Counted from the first letter of the stretch, positions 1 to 9,293 are shown. The stretch: DNA of 64,000 nt from an uncultured Candidatus Saccharibacteria bacterium (GCA_964350165.1 CAYGJA010000001.1:4947-68946); one strand, 5' to 3'. Numbers and translations: made by a program. Notes: generated by a model not told the origin, from the letters alone.

Positions 1-627
1 CAACAAAAAAGGAGTTTTTTGATTTGTTTTGGCAAAATCTCCAGAAAGCACAAAATAGGCTTCGGGGTTAAAGGCGCGAATTTCTCGCTCGCGTTCCATT
101 AGAATGCGCAGAGCGGGTGACTGAACCCGTCCCGCCGAAAGACCGTAACGAACTTTTTTCCAAATCAATCCAGACAAATCATAACCAACCAATCGGTCAA
201 GAACACGCCTGGCTTCTTGGGCTTTTCGTAGATTGGTATCGACCTTGCGTGGATGTTTTAAGGCCTCCTGCACTGCAGATTCTGTAATTTCATTAAAAGT
301 AATTCTTTTGATGGGAGCTTTTACTTTGCTCGTCTTGAGCAATTCTTCTAGATGCCAAGCAATCGCTTCTCCTTCGCGGTCAGGGTCGGGAGCAAGTAGG
401 ATTTCATCAGCTTTTTGGGCCGCTTCTTGCAGTTCGGTAACAATTTTTTTCTTGCCGGCACTGATTTCATAATTAGGTACATAGCCCTTTTCGATATCAA
501 TAGCATTCTTGCTTGATTTTGGTAAATCACGAATATGCCCCACGCTCGCCTTTACGACATAGCCGGCTCCTAAATACTTTTTAATTGTTTTCGCTTTTGA
601 AGGCGACTCGACAATGACTAGTTTCAT
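1..627 (-). CDS. topA: DNA topoisomerase I, N-terminal (Toprim) part; the gene runs off the window start
   Basis: Reverse-strand translation from the ATG at 627 reads MKLVIVESPSKAKTIKKYLG...GHIRDLP...LAPDPDREGEAIAWHL, the canonical TopA Toprim N-terminus. The frame is open to position 1. The gene is missing from the ORF track because it is truncated. Confidence 0.85.
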   Translation of the reverse strand, partial: MKLVIVESPSKAKTIKKYLGAGYVVKASVGHIRDLPKSSKNAIDIEKGYVPNYEISAGKKKIVTELQEAAQKADEILLAPDPDREGEAIAWHLEELLKTSKVKAPIKRITFNEITESAVQEALKHPRKVDTNLRKAQEARRVLDRLVGYDLSGLIWKKVRYGLSAGRVQSPALRILMEREREIRAFNPEAYFVLSGDFAKTNQKTPFLL

Positions 628-693
628 ACAGCAAACGTTCTCATGACTACCCGATAATGTCAAAAAAAGCAAATGAAAACTTTTCCAAACCAA

Positions 694-1557
694 TTAACGA
701 AGGCGCCTAATCAGTCCCATCGACTCTTGAACTAAGCCTTTTATTTCCAAAAGAGAAATAGCGATATTTATTTCGGAAATAGAATTTGGCAACTGAGCCA
801 AGAGCTCTTGTTTGCCAGTTGGTTCTCGCAATAAATTCCAAATAGCTTGTTCTGTTTCTGATAAATCAAGTATCTCCTCGGTAACATCACCATCGCTTTC
901 GAGGATCTCCAATCCAAAATGCTCCACGATGTCTTTGGCGCTAGTTACCGGATATGCCCCTAATTTCATCAGCATGTGGGGGCCGGCGGCTTGTTCTCGA
1001 AAAATAGAACCAGGAACAGCAAAAACGTCTCGATTGTATTCAGTTGCCAGTCGAGAAGTTATCAATGTTCCTGATTTTTCTCCAGCCTCAATTACCAGTA
1101 CCGCATCAGATACTCCAGCCATTAGACGATTACGCTTGGGAAAAGTCCAAGGAGCGGCTTTTTGATTTTCTTCGAATTCACTACACAAAGCACCCCCGGT
1201 CGCCAAAATATCCATAGCCAAGCCATAATTTGTGGCCGGAGCTATTACTTTGTCATTCAATCCAGAACCAGGAAAAGCAATCGTAAGCAATCCCGCTCGC
1301 AAAGCAGCGCGATGAGCTATTTGGTCAATTCCTAGGGCTAACCCCGAAACAATCATAATTGGATATCCGGCCAAGTCAGCAATCAGCTGTTCGCAGACTG
1401 TTTTGCCATACTGACTATATCGTCTGCTTCCAACCACAGTTAAGATTTTGTATTTGTCCCAATCCGGAACAGTACCACGATAATATAATCGCTTGGGAGG
1501 GTCCGGAATCTGTTGCAATAAAAAGGGAAGTGGGCTTAGTTCTTTGGCTTCACTCAT
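694..1557 (-). CDS. dprA: DNA processing protein DprA/Smf
   Basis: 287 aa with a Rossmann-like DprA core (LTVVGSRRYSQYG...IVSGLALGIDQIAHRAAL...VIEAGEKSGTL). It keeps the conserved dprA-topA arrangement. Confidence 0.85.
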   Translation of the reverse strand: MSEAKELSPLPFLLQQIPDPPKRLYYRGTVPDWDKYKILTVVGSRRYSQYGKTVCEQLIADLAGYPIMIVSGLALGIDQIAHRAALRAGLLTIAFPGSGLNDKVIAPATNYGLAMDILATGGALCSEFEENQKAAPWTFPKRNRLMAGVSDAVLVIEAGEKSGTLITSRLATEYNRDVFAVPGSIFREQAAGPHMLMKLGAYPVTSAKDIVEHFGLEILESDGDVTEEILDLSETEQAIWNLLREPTGKQELLAQLPNSISEINIAISLLEIKGLVQESMGLIRRLR

Positions 1558-1613
1558 TGTTTGTAGTTTATCATTTGTGCTAGGATTACAGTGTTTAGTT
1601 CACATCTATCACT

Positions 1614-2882
1614 ATGCTTGACATCAAATTCATCCGTAGCAATCTCGACATCGTCAAAGCTGGCGCTGTTAAGAAAAATATAAATCTCGATTTTGACAAA
1701 CTTATCGAGCTAGATGATCAGCGCCTGACTTTGCTCCAGAGCACCGAAGAGCTTCGTTCTCAACAAAATACCGCTAGCAAAGAAATTGCTTCCACTACTG
1801 AACCAGCCGTTCGACAAAGCAAGATTGCCGCCATGCAGGAACTAAAAGAAGCGCTCAAAATCCAAGAACACAACCTAAAAGAAATCGAGAGCGCCTGGAA
1901 CGATCTCATGCTCCAGGTTCCCAACGTGCCTGACATGACGGTTCCTGACGGTAGCGACGACCAAGACAACGTAGAGATAAAAACCTGGGGAGATAAGCCT
2001 GTTTTTGATTTTGAAGCAAAAGACCATGTTGAGCTTATGCTGGACCTAGATATGGTTGATTTTGAACGAGGAGCAAAGGTGCACGGATTTCGTGGCTATT
2101 TCCTCAAGAATATGGGAGCCCGACTATCTTTGGCTATCTGGCAATACGCTATGGATTTTTTCCAGAAGAAAGATTTTCAGCCTTTTATTGCACCTATCAT
2201 TGTCCGCAATGAATACTTTTATGGTACGGGGCACCTGCCAGGCGATGCTAATGATCTGTATGCTACTCAAGACGGCGATAATCTGGCCGGCACGGCAGAA
2301 GTGCCAATGATGGCTTATCACAGTGACGAGATTCTCGAGCACACACAATTTCCAATCAAATACCTAGCTTTTTCACCCTGCTATCGCCGAGAAGCTGGTA
2401 GCTATAGCAAAGACACCAAAGGACTCATTCGTGTTCATGAGTTCTACAAAGTAGAGCAAGTCGTTCTTTGCGAAGCCAGTCATACCGAATCAGTAAAATG
2501 GCACGAAGAAATCAATCGTAACACCGAAGAATTCATCGAATCACTAGGCATTCCATACCACACCGTTCTTAACTGTGGCGGTGATCTTGGGCTTGGACAA
2601 GTAAAAAAGTACGATGTCGAACTCTGGGTTCCTGGTGAGCAAAAATATCGAGAAATCAGCTCTGCTTCTTATTTTCATGATTTCCAAACCAGAAGATTTA
2701 ATATCCGCTATCGTGATGCCGACGGTAAAATGCGCTATGCACACTCGCTTAACTGTACCGCCATCCCAACCCCTCGCATTCTTGTTTCACTGGTAGAGAA
2801 TTTCCAGAATGAAGATGGCTCTGTTTCTGTTCCCGAAGTGCTAGCTCCTTATCTAGGGGGAATAACTCGTATCACAAAATAA
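1614..2882 (+). CDS. serS: Seryl-tRNA synthetase
   Basis: 422 aa with an N-terminal coiled-coil arm and class II core motifs (FSPCYRREAGSYSKDTKGLIRVHEF..., GLGQVKKYDVELWVPGE). Divergent from dprA. Confidence 0.9.
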   Translation: MLDIKFIRSNLDIVKAGAVKKNINLDFDKLIELDDQRLTLLQSTEELRSQQNTASKEIASTTEPAVRQSKIAAMQELKEALKIQEHNLKEIESAWNDLMLQVPNVPDMTVPDGSDDQDNVEIKTWGDKPVFDFEAKDHVELMLDLDMVDFERGAKVHGFRGYFLKNMGARLSLAIWQYAMDFFQKKDFQPFIAPIIVRNEYFYGTGHLPGDANDLYATQDGDNLAGTAEVPMMAYHSDEILEHTQFPIKYLAFSPCYRREAGSYSKDTKGLIRVHEFYKVEQVVLCEASHTESVKWHEEINRNTEEFIESLGIPYHTVLNCGGDLGLGQVKKYDVELWVPGEQKYREISSASYFHDFQTRRFNIRYRDADGKMRYAHSLNCTAIPTPRILVSLVENFQNEDGSVSVPEVLAPYLGGITRITK

Positions 2883-2885
2883 ACA

Positions 2886-3722
2886 ATGAAGAAAAAACGT
2901 CGACCAACCCAACGACGAAATTTTCCGCTGAAGCTCGTTGTTTTGGGTCTCTTGCTGTTAGTTGGTTTGGGGTCTTGGCTCTATTGGCTCGCCCAAGACA
3001 GTCAATACGTAACAGAATTCAAAATCATAACCCCGGAACCAGAAAATACTGATCTAGTAGAACGCTATGTCGAACAATACCTGGACACTCCACTATGGTT
3101 TGGATTAACCAAGCGAAGACATCGGTCGTTGATTCGCATCGAAAAACTTGAGAAGGAGTTATTGAATCTTTTTCCGCTTTTTTATCAAGCAGACCTCATT
3201 GTTTTTGACCAACAACTTGTTGTAGAACTCCAAACCCGCAAAGCGTACGCGCTCTGGTGCCAAACAATGCCCCAGAACGAAGAACAATGCTGGTTCATTG
3301 ACGAAAATCGCATCATGTACCGCAAGGCGCCACGTTTTTCGGATGGAGTATACGTAAAATACAGCAGTGCTATTCACCAGACTCCCTCTATCGGCGAACA
3401 AATTCTAGACGAAACAGCCAGAGCCTATAGTCGCGACGTGCTTGATGTTTTTGTTAACCAAAACCTCGAACCAACGAGAATTATCTACGAAAGCAAAGAC
3501 CGCGTAGCCATATCGATAGACAAACTTTATGGTTTCAAGGTCCCCGGAGATGCAAAGATTTATGTAAGTACCGAACAATCACTCCAGACCATCGACGAAC
3601 GATTGCAGATACTCATGGCCACCCCGGAATTCAAGGCAGAGGTTACTGCTTCGCCTGGGTTATTTGAATATGCGGACTTGCGCTTCCGGGGGCGTCTGGT
3701 ATACAAACTAAATGATGCTTAA
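2886..3722 (+). CDS. Hypothetical membrane-anchored protein (N-terminal TM, extracytoplasmic domain)
   Basis: 278 aa with a basic N-terminus followed by one hydrophobic helix (LKLVVLGLLLLVGLGSWLYWL). No family recognised. Its 3' end overlaps the dus start by 11 nt. Confidence 0.5.
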   Translation: MKKKRRPTQRRNFPLKLVVLGLLLLVGLGSWLYWLAQDSQYVTEFKIITPEPENTDLVERYVEQYLDTPLWFGLTKRRHRSLIRIEKLEKELLNLFPLFYQADLIVFDQQLVVELQTRKAYALWCQTMPQNEEQCWFIDENRIMYRKAPRFSDGVYVKYSSAIHQTPSIGEQILDETARAYSRDVLDVFVNQNLEPTRIIYESKDRVAISIDKLYGFKVPGDAKIYVSTEQSLQTIDERLQILMATPEFKAEVTASPGLFEYADLRFRGRLVYKLNDA

Positions 3723-4836
3723 GACATTTTCTGAACCAAATCTGGGATTTTGGCGGGATCTTCCTCGTCCTTTTTTTGCATTGGCCCCAATGGCTGATGT
3801 TACCGACGTAGCCTTTCGAAGTATCGTGGCCAAATACAGCCGACACGGACAACCCGGCGGAGGACCGGATGTGTTTTGGACCGAATTCGTATCAGTCAAC
3901 GGATTACTTTCTTCGGCAAAAGATGTGCTCATCAGAGACCTAGAATACCGAACCAGCGAACAGCCTATTGTTGCTCAGATTTTTGGTGACCATCCAGAAA
4001 AATTTGCAAAAATTGCTGCTTATTGTGAGGAGATTGGTTTTGCCGGAATCGATATTAACGCCGGCTGTCCCGATCGCTCCATCTGCAAACAGGGGGCTGG
4101 TTCTGGGATGATGCACGATCTAGCAAACACGCAACAAATCATCGAAGCCTGCAAGCAAGCCGCTCCCAACACCCCTTTGTCCATCAAAACTCGCCTAGGT
4201 TGGAGCAAAGACGAAACCGATACTTGGATTACTGGTCTTTTGGAGGCAAAACCAGCCGTACTAACTGTACATGTTCGATCCAAAGCAGATATGTCCAAAA
4301 CCTGCCCAGAGTGGGGGAGACTTAAAAAAATAGTATCACTTCGCAATCAGATCTCTCCAACAACCCTCATTATGGCTAATGGCGGTATTCGAACCAAGAA
4401 TGCAGGCAGGAAAATAGCTTCATTTACAGGTTGTGACGGAATCATGATGGGCAAAGCTATTTTTGGTAATCCCTGGCTTTTTGACGATACCGTCAATCAT
4501 CGCAAAATCACCATTGCTCAAAAAATAAACGTCATGCTAGAACATGCCACCATTTTTCTACAAGAAATGGGTGATATTGGACCAGAAGCAAATAAAAAAA
4601 ATATAACTTTTGGCGCAAAAAAATATCCAATTTCTGTTTCGGTACATGGCAAAAATTTTGCCCTCATGAAAAAACACTTCAAAGCATATATCCATGGTTT
4701 TCCTGGAGCCAAAGAATTGCGCACCGCCCTAATGGAAGCTGATACTTATCAAGAAATCGCAACCATTGCCGATAGATTGCTCATCAGCAACCCTGAGCTT
4801 GCCCAAACAGCACCAAGCGAAGAATACGTTGCCTAA
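3712..4836 (+). CDS. tRNA-dihydrouridine synthase (Dus family)
   Basis: 374 aa TIM-barrel flavoprotein with the Dus signature FALAPMADVTDVAFR and the catalytic motif IDINAGCP. Confidence 0.8.
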   Translation: MMLKTFSEPNLGFWRDLPRPFFALAPMADVTDVAFRSIVAKYSRHGQPGGGPDVFWTEFVSVNGLLSSAKDVLIRDLEYRTSEQPIVAQIFGDHPEKFAKIAAYCEEIGFAGIDINAGCPDRSICKQGAGSGMMHDLANTQQIIEACKQAAPNTPLSIKTRLGWSKDETDTWITGLLEAKPAVLTVHVRSKADMSKTCPEWGRLKKIVSLRNQISPTTLIMANGGIRTKNAGRKIASFTGCDGIMMGKAIFGNPWLFDDTVNHRKITIAQKINVMLEHATIFLQEMGDIGPEANKKNITFGAKKYPISVSVHGKNFALMKKHFKAYIHGFPGAKELRTALMEADTYQEIATIADRLLISNPELAQTAPSEEYVA

Positions 4837-4859
4837 ATCAAATAAGGTATAATCCCTCC

Positions 4860-5909
4860 ATGAACTCGACCCAAACCAGTCTTTATCGCAAATATCGACC
4901 CGCTACTTTTGCCGATGTAATTGGCCAAGAGCACGTTGTTTCGGCTCTTGAGAGTGCCATCAAAAAAGAACAGCTAGGGCATGCTTACCTGCTTTACGGC
5001 ACCCGAGGAATCGGAAAAACAACCTTGGCTAGAATTTTTGCAAACGAGATTGGCACCAAACCAGAAGATCTGTATGAAATCGACGCTGCCTCGTATACTG
5101 GAGTAGACAATATTCGAGAATTGAATGCTTCGGTCAAGGCCTTGCCCTATCAATCAAAATACAAAGTCTATATCATCGACGAGGTGCACATGCTTTCTAA
5201 GAGCGCCTTTAACGCACTTCTCAAAACCATCGAGGAACCACCAAGTCACGTTATTTTTATTTTAGCCACCACAGAACTAGAGAAAGTAATTGATACGATT
5301 ATTTCTCGTTGCCAGGTTTTTACCTTGCGCACCCCAACTATAGAAACCTTGCGTACACTCATCGATCACGTAAGCACCGCCGAAGGTGTCACCCTTTCTC
5401 CAGAATCCAAAAACACCATTGCTTTGCTTGGAGATGGGTCTTTTCGTGACACGCTGGGAATTCTCCAAAAAATAATCACCGTCTCGGACGACAAAAAACT
5501 CAGTGATGATGAGGTTCAAAAAATAACCGGTGCTCCAACCGGACAATTATTGCGGAACATTATTAAATCCCTAGGGACAGGAGACACTAATGCCGCCCTT
5601 ACTGCAATCAACCAAGCCAGCACGCAGGGCGTTGAAGCCCGCACATTATCGCTACAAATTGTGCATTACCTACGCTCGCTACTCCTTATTCGTTTTGCTC
5701 CAGACTTGCACCAGAGCCTTACGGATGACCTCGGCAAAGACATGTTTGATTTTTTATATGGACTCCGAGGAAAAGAAGGCCTGCATGCTAATGCAAAATT
5801 CCTGGCCGAAATGCTTGAAGCAACATATGCCACCCAGCGTTCACATACGCCATATCTACCGCTAGAGCTTGCCGTTGTGGCCCACGGCGAATCTATTCAC
5901 AGCCAGTAG
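4860..5909 (+). CDS. dnaX: DNA polymerase III subunit gamma/tau (short form)
   Basis: 349 aa. Starts YRKYRPATFADVIGQEHV and carries Walker A GTRGIGKTT and the clamp-loader box. TATAAT lies 6 nt upstream of the ATG. Confidence 0.85.
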   Translation: MNSTQTSLYRKYRPATFADVIGQEHVVSALESAIKKEQLGHAYLLYGTRGIGKTTLARIFANEIGTKPEDLYEIDAASYTGVDNIRELNASVKALPYQSKYKVYIIDEVHMLSKSAFNALLKTIEEPPSHVIFILATTELEKVIDTIISRCQVFTLRTPTIETLRTLIDHVSTAEGVTLSPESKNTIALLGDGSFRDTLGILQKIITVSDDKKLSDDEVQKITGAPTGQLLRNIIKSLGTGDTNAALTAINQASTQGVEARTLSLQIVHYLRSLLLIRFAPDLHQSLTDDLGKDMFDFLYGLRGKEGLHANAKFLAEMLEATYATQRSHTPYLPLELAVVAHGESIHSQ

Positions 5910-5944
5910 GCTGTTTTGTGTTCCTTGGTTGGTATAATGAAAGC

Positions 5945-6265
5945 ATGAGTTCTTTTCTTCAAGCTGACATTTTCTTTTTTATTACTACGATAGCGGTTAT
6001 TATTTTTGGAGTTATTCTTGGATTTAGTGGATACTATCTCATCAAGATCCTCAAGAACCTACGAGAAATGACCGATACCGTACACGAGGAAGTTCGGCTA
6101 ATAAAACAAGACATCGATGATTTGCGTTCGGGAGTACGCGATCGATTGGAAGTTGCAGAACGATCACCCCTGACCAGTATCATTGGTTCGGTGATATCAC
6201 ATGTTCGAGGCAACAAGCCCAAGCGAAAGACCACCCGCAAACGCACAACATCCAAGAAAAAATAA
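5945..6265 (+). CDS. Small membrane protein with a coiled-coil segment and a Lys/Arg-rich C-terminus (DUF948-like)
   Basis: The track ORF 5918..6265 begins at a non-ATG codon. The first ATG is at 5945 (MSSFLQADIFFF...), 6 nt after a TATAAT. The protein has one TM helix, an amphipathic helix, and a basic tail. Confidence 0.45.
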   Translation: MSSFLQADIFFFITTIAVIIFGVILGFSGYYLIKILKNLREMTDTVHEEVRLIKQDIDDLRSGVRDRLEVAERSPLTSIIGSVISHVRGNKPKRKTTRKRTTSKKK

Positions 6266-6290
6266 GTTAACAGTTATCTTTTTACATATC

Positions 6291-6683
6291 ATGCCCGCAA
6301 AGAAACAAACAACCAAAAAATCAGTAGGAGCAACCGAGGGAATCCTCATTGGCGCTGGCGTAGCCGCGGCCGCTGCAGCTGGCTACTTCCTGTTCGGTCC
6401 CAAAGGAAAACAAAACCGCAAAAAAATTAGCGCCTGGACGATCAAAGCCAAAGGAGAAGTGCTCGAAAAAATAGAAGGCCTTGAGAGTCTTGCCGAGGAC
6501 AAATACCACGCTATCGTAGACCAGGTCACCGCCAAATATATGAAGAGCGCAGACATTGCCAACGAGGACGTCGAAAAGTTCACCAAAGAATTGAAAAAAT
6601 ACTGGAAACATATCGAAACAGACCTGGCTCCGAAAAAGAAAAAAGCTCCAGCCAAGAAAAAACCAGCCACAAAAAAGAAATAA
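6291..6683 (+). CDS. YtxH-like glycine-zipper membrane protein with a histone-H1-like lysine-rich tail
   Basis: Starts MPAKKQTTKK, followed by the glycine zipper GILIGAGVAAAAAAGYFLFGPKG and a C-terminal KKKKAPAKKKPATKKK. The track start at 6201 would overlap the upstream ORF, so the ATG at 6291 is preferred. Confidence 0.5.
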   Translation: MPAKKQTTKKSVGATEGILIGAGVAAAAAAGYFLFGPKGKQNRKKISAWTIKAKGEVLEKIEGLESLAEDKYHAIVDQVTAKYMKSADIANEDVEKFTKELKKYWKHIETDLAPKKKKAPAKKKPATKKK

Positions 6684-6693
6684 TTCAAAATAA

Positions 6694-6730
6694 CAACAAC
6701 AAACCCCTCTGCTCGAGGGGTTTGTTGTTG
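6694..6730 (+). terminator. Perfect 16-bp-stem hairpin just after the 6291..6683 stop; probable transcription terminator
   Basis: CAACAACAAACCCCTC tgctc GAGGGGTTTGTTGTTG. The arms are exact reverse complements and a T-rich tract follows. Confidence 0.55.
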
Positions 6731-6816
6731 TCACAATCTTTTCCTTTGTTTTTGTTGCATTGGGGCGGTGATTTGGCTATCATGCAAGGGCGGTTGATTG
6801 TTCCAATCAACTTTTC

Positions 6817-6887
6817 TGCCGGATCGTCTAATGGTAGGACGCCTGGTTTTGGTCCAGGTAATCTAGGTTCGAGCCCTAGTCCGGCAA
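6817..6887 (+). tRNA. tRNA-Gln (anticodon UUG)
   Basis: Hand-folded cloverleaf with acceptor UGCCGGA/UCCGGCA, including the U1-A72 pair typical of tRNA-Gln. Anticodon stem CCUGG/CCAGG with loop UUUUGGU. T-arm CUAGG-UUCGAGC-CCUAG. No encoded CCA. Confidence 0.85.
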
Positions 6888-6890
6888 CAA

Positions 6891-7385
6891 ATGAAATGGA
6901 TTGTAGTTATCTTTCTTATCATAATAATTCTCTTCTTTTTATATACCCAGAAAAAGAAAACTCTAATAGAACCTGAAGAAAAATTTCCCTACAAACTTCA
7001 TCTCAGATTTTTCACCAAAAGTGAGTACGCTTTCTACAAAGAGTTACAAAAACAGGTGGGTGATAAGTACGCTATTTTTTCAAAGGTTCGTCTAGCTGAC
7101 TTCATCGACGTAGATATTGATAAATATAAAAACAGGAGCGAATGGCAAATCTACTGGAACAAGATAAAGTCGAAGCATGTTGATTTTTTGCTTTGTGATC
7201 CGGAGACACTAAAGCCGATGGTTGCTGTTGAATTGAATGGGAAGAGTCATCAGACTGAGAAAGTGAAGGAGCGTGATGAGTTTGTTTCAAGAATGTACGA
7301 GAGCGTCAATCTAAGGTTCGTTACGAATCACGTGGGGGAAGATTTTACAACTACTATTGAGAAAATAATACCGCCTATATCATAG
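6891..7385 (+). CDS. DUF2726-family protein (restriction-endonuclease-like fold) with an N-terminal TM anchor
   Basis: 164 aa with a hydrophobic N-terminus. The core FSKVRLADFIDVD...HVDFLLCDPETLKPMVAVELNGKSH is paralogous to 55711..56217. It starts 4 nt after tRNA-Gln in a very AT-rich segment. Confidence 0.6.
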   Translation: MKWIVVIFLIIIILFFLYTQKKKTLIEPEEKFPYKLHLRFFTKSEYAFYKELQKQVGDKYAIFSKVRLADFIDVDIDKYKNRSEWQIYWNKIKSKHVDFLLCDPETLKPMVAVELNGKSHQTEKVKERDEFVSRMYESVNLRFVTNHVGEDFTTTIEKIIPPIS

Positions 7386-7404
7386 ATATCTAAAAATAAA
7401 ACAA

Positions 7405-7818
7405 GTGCTTGTGGATAAGTTTACAAGTATTTTTGCTAGAATTGTAGGCATGGGTAATATTAAAATTAAATTCTTAACCTTCAAAGATCTAAAAAAACTC
7501 ACTCGATATTTTATCAAATCAACAGAAGCAATAGTGCTCGTATCTGCTTTTCGAGTGATTAACATTTTTATTAAAAGAGGAAATTATGCCAACACAATAG
7601 AAACAGTTAGATTTGATGCGATCTTTTTAAATGTCTTTGTAGACATGGCACTATTAGTGGCCCTTATCTACATCTCTCTCGAGGGATACGAATTTGCCAC
7701 GACATTTACAAGTAAAAAATGGGCAGTACTCTTATTTTGTTTGCTGAGTTTACTATTTTTTGTAGCACTCTATATGTCTCTGACATATCTTGGCTTTATT
7801 GCCGAAATTTTTAAATGA
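7405..7818 (+). CDS. Hypothetical membrane protein
   Basis: 137 aa with two C-terminal hydrophobic helices. AT-rich island gene with no recognisable family. Confidence 0.35.
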   Translation: MLVDKFTSIFARIVGMGNIKIKFLTFKDLKKLTRYFIKSTEAIVLVSAFRVINIFIKRGNYANTIETVRFDAIFLNVFVDMALLVALIYISLEGYEFATTFTSKKWAVLLFCLLSLLFFVALYMSLTYLGFIAEIFK

Positions 7819-8665
7819 AAAATCACAACTTCACCCCAGAGAGCAAGGGCAAAATTTTATAGAAATGGAAGAAGATAAAATAAAAATTAAAGAGGAGAAA
7901 TTTTTAAGAGAGTTAAACTTTTTTAGAAATGAGACGGAAAGCCTGATTAGATATGTTTACAGTAGTGGTGCATTGAATGATGTGATTATAAATAATAAAT
8001 CAGTAAAAAAAGCTGTAAATAAGAATCCTGCATTTTGGAATTCTGTTTTATTTTCATTTACTGATTCAATGTTTATTGTTTTGGGAAGAATATTCGATAT
8101 AGATAATTCTAAGGGAGTAAAAAATACAATACATACACTTTTTAGACAAATAGATGAAAGTAAAGAAATTTTTTCCAAAGTATCATTTTCTAATAGATGG
8201 GCAGCCTCTCATACTCAGATGCTTGATTATAAGGATAAATACATGGAAGGTTTTTATGAAATGAGTAAGGAAGATTGGAAAAAATTTAAAAAAATAAAGT
8301 CTTCCTTAGCTAGGCAATATCAAGAATTTTACAGGCCAATAAGAGATCTTATAGCCCACAGGGTTTTAACTGATAATGGGCAAATTAAAATTGTCATGAA
8401 CAAGGTTCCCGTTAGAGACATGGAGAAATTTTGTACCAAATTAAGAAATCTACATGAAGGACTGTGGCAACTTTATCACAACGGGAGAGGTCCCATTGCT
8501 CCATTAGAAACAGGCAAATATTCAAGTAAAAGCTTCGTAAATACAAAGTACAAACCATATCATCCAGGATCAATTGCATATCAGTATTCACAAGACGCAA
8601 AGAATGCTTTGATTTTATTAGCCAAAGGAAATATGTCTGAAATTCAAAAACATTCAAAATATTAA
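7790..8665 (+). CDS. Hypothetical island protein with a possible HEPN-like Rx4H motif (RDLIAHR); alternative start at 7866
   Basis: 291 aa, low complexity and AT-rich. The only recognisable element is the RDLIAH motif in a predicted helical region. Overlaps the upstream ORF by 29 nt. Confidence 0.4.
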   Translation: MALLPKFLNEKSQLHPREQGQNFIEMEEDKIKIKEEKFLRELNFFRNETESLIRYVYSSGALNDVIINNKSVKKAVNKNPAFWNSVLFSFTDSMFIVLGRIFDIDNSKGVKNTIHTLFRQIDESKEIFSKVSFSNRWAASHTQMLDYKDKYMEGFYEMSKEDWKKFKKIKSSLARQYQEFYRPIRDLIAHRVLTDNGQIKIVMNKVPVRDMEKFCTKLRNLHEGLWQLYHNGRGPIAPLETGKYSSKSFVNTKYKPYHPGSIAYQYSQDAKNALILLAKGNMSEIQKHSKY

Positions 8666-8740
8666 GATGCAAGTATTGAGAATAACCTTGCTGAGTTTGA
8701 TAAAACACGACAATGACGCAAGTTTACCAACTTCACATCC

Positions 8741-8786
8741 TCAAAAAAGTTCCAACTTCGCCCCAGACGGCCAACAAATGCTTTTT
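8741..8786 (+). repeat. Cassette-boundary repeat copy 1 (34-bp core AAAAAGTTCCAACTTCGCCCCAGACGGCCAACAA plus ATGCTTTTT)
   Basis: Core identical to the copies at 9258 and 10241. The 3' extension CAACAAATGCTTTTT is shared with the degenerate copy at 11411 and resembles the tRNA-Gln 3' end and flank (GGCAACAAATG). Confidence 0.8.
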
Positions 8787-8816
8787 CTATTATGAAAAAT
8801 AAAAAAGTCTGTTTTT

Positions 8817-8825
8817 TGCTACAAT
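8817..8825 (+). promoter_or_regulatory. Extended -10 (TGcTACAAT) 7 nt upstream of the NUDIX ATG; leaderless start
   Basis: TGCTACAAT-agccctc-ATG(8833). Confidence 0.45.
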
Positions 8826-8832
8826 AGCCCTC

Positions 8833-9261
8833 ATGAACAAATCAGAACATTTCCCAGAAGCTTTTTATAGAGTAAGTGTGCGTGGCATCATGCGTGACGG
8901 TGACAAATTCCTACTCGGACGCCACGGCAACACCTGGGAGACTTTCGGGGGAGGGTTAGATTTTGGAGAAAATTTACATGAAGCCTTGCGAAGAGAAATT
9001 CTAGAAGAAACAGGCTGTCACCTGACATACATATCAGAACAACCGATACTTGCCCTACCACATATTGTTCATGGAAAAAGAGAAATGGACTGGTTTTATA
9101 ACTTCCCAATCTATTACGAAGTTAAATTTGATATTTCTGAATTTGACCTATCTTTACAATATTCAGAATATAGATGGTTCACGGTCAAAGAAATTCAAAA
9201 TCTAAACGTCTTCGAGGGAGAGGAGGGAATAAAAGATGGTTTTGAGTCTCTTTTAAATTAA
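8833..9261 (+). CDS. NUDIX hydrolase
   Basis: 142 aa with the Nudix box GGGLDFGENLHEALRREILEETG. Cassette 1 of the tRNA-Gln island. Confidence 0.75.
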   Translation: MNKSEHFPEAFYRVSVRGIMRDGDKFLLGRHGNTWETFGGGLDFGENLHEALRREILEETGCHLTYISEQPILALPHIVHGKREMDWFYNFPIYYEVKFDISEFDLSLQYSEYRWFTVKEIQNLNVFEGEEGIKDGFESLLN

Positions 9262-9293
9262 AAAGTTCCAACTTCGCCCCAGACGGCCAACAA
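9258..9293 (+). repeat. Cassette-boundary repeat copy 2 (34-bp core)
   Basis: Perfect copy of the core. It overlaps the NUDIX stop codon. Confidence 0.8.

Noticed and set aside
5918-5944. Track start at 5918 for the small membrane protein
   Set aside because: Position 5918 is not an ATG. The first ATG is at 5945 and is preceded by TATAAT at the same 6-nt spacing seen at other genes, so the shorter form is preferred.
6321-6734. Antisense or overlapping ORFs inside well-supported genes. Examples: 6321..6734-, 24155..24649-, 31597..32172-, 52876..53241-, 54855..55163-.
   Set aside because: Each lies entirely within a longer ORF on the opposite strand or in another frame that has clear family motifs. 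There are no independent signals, so they are treated as spurious.
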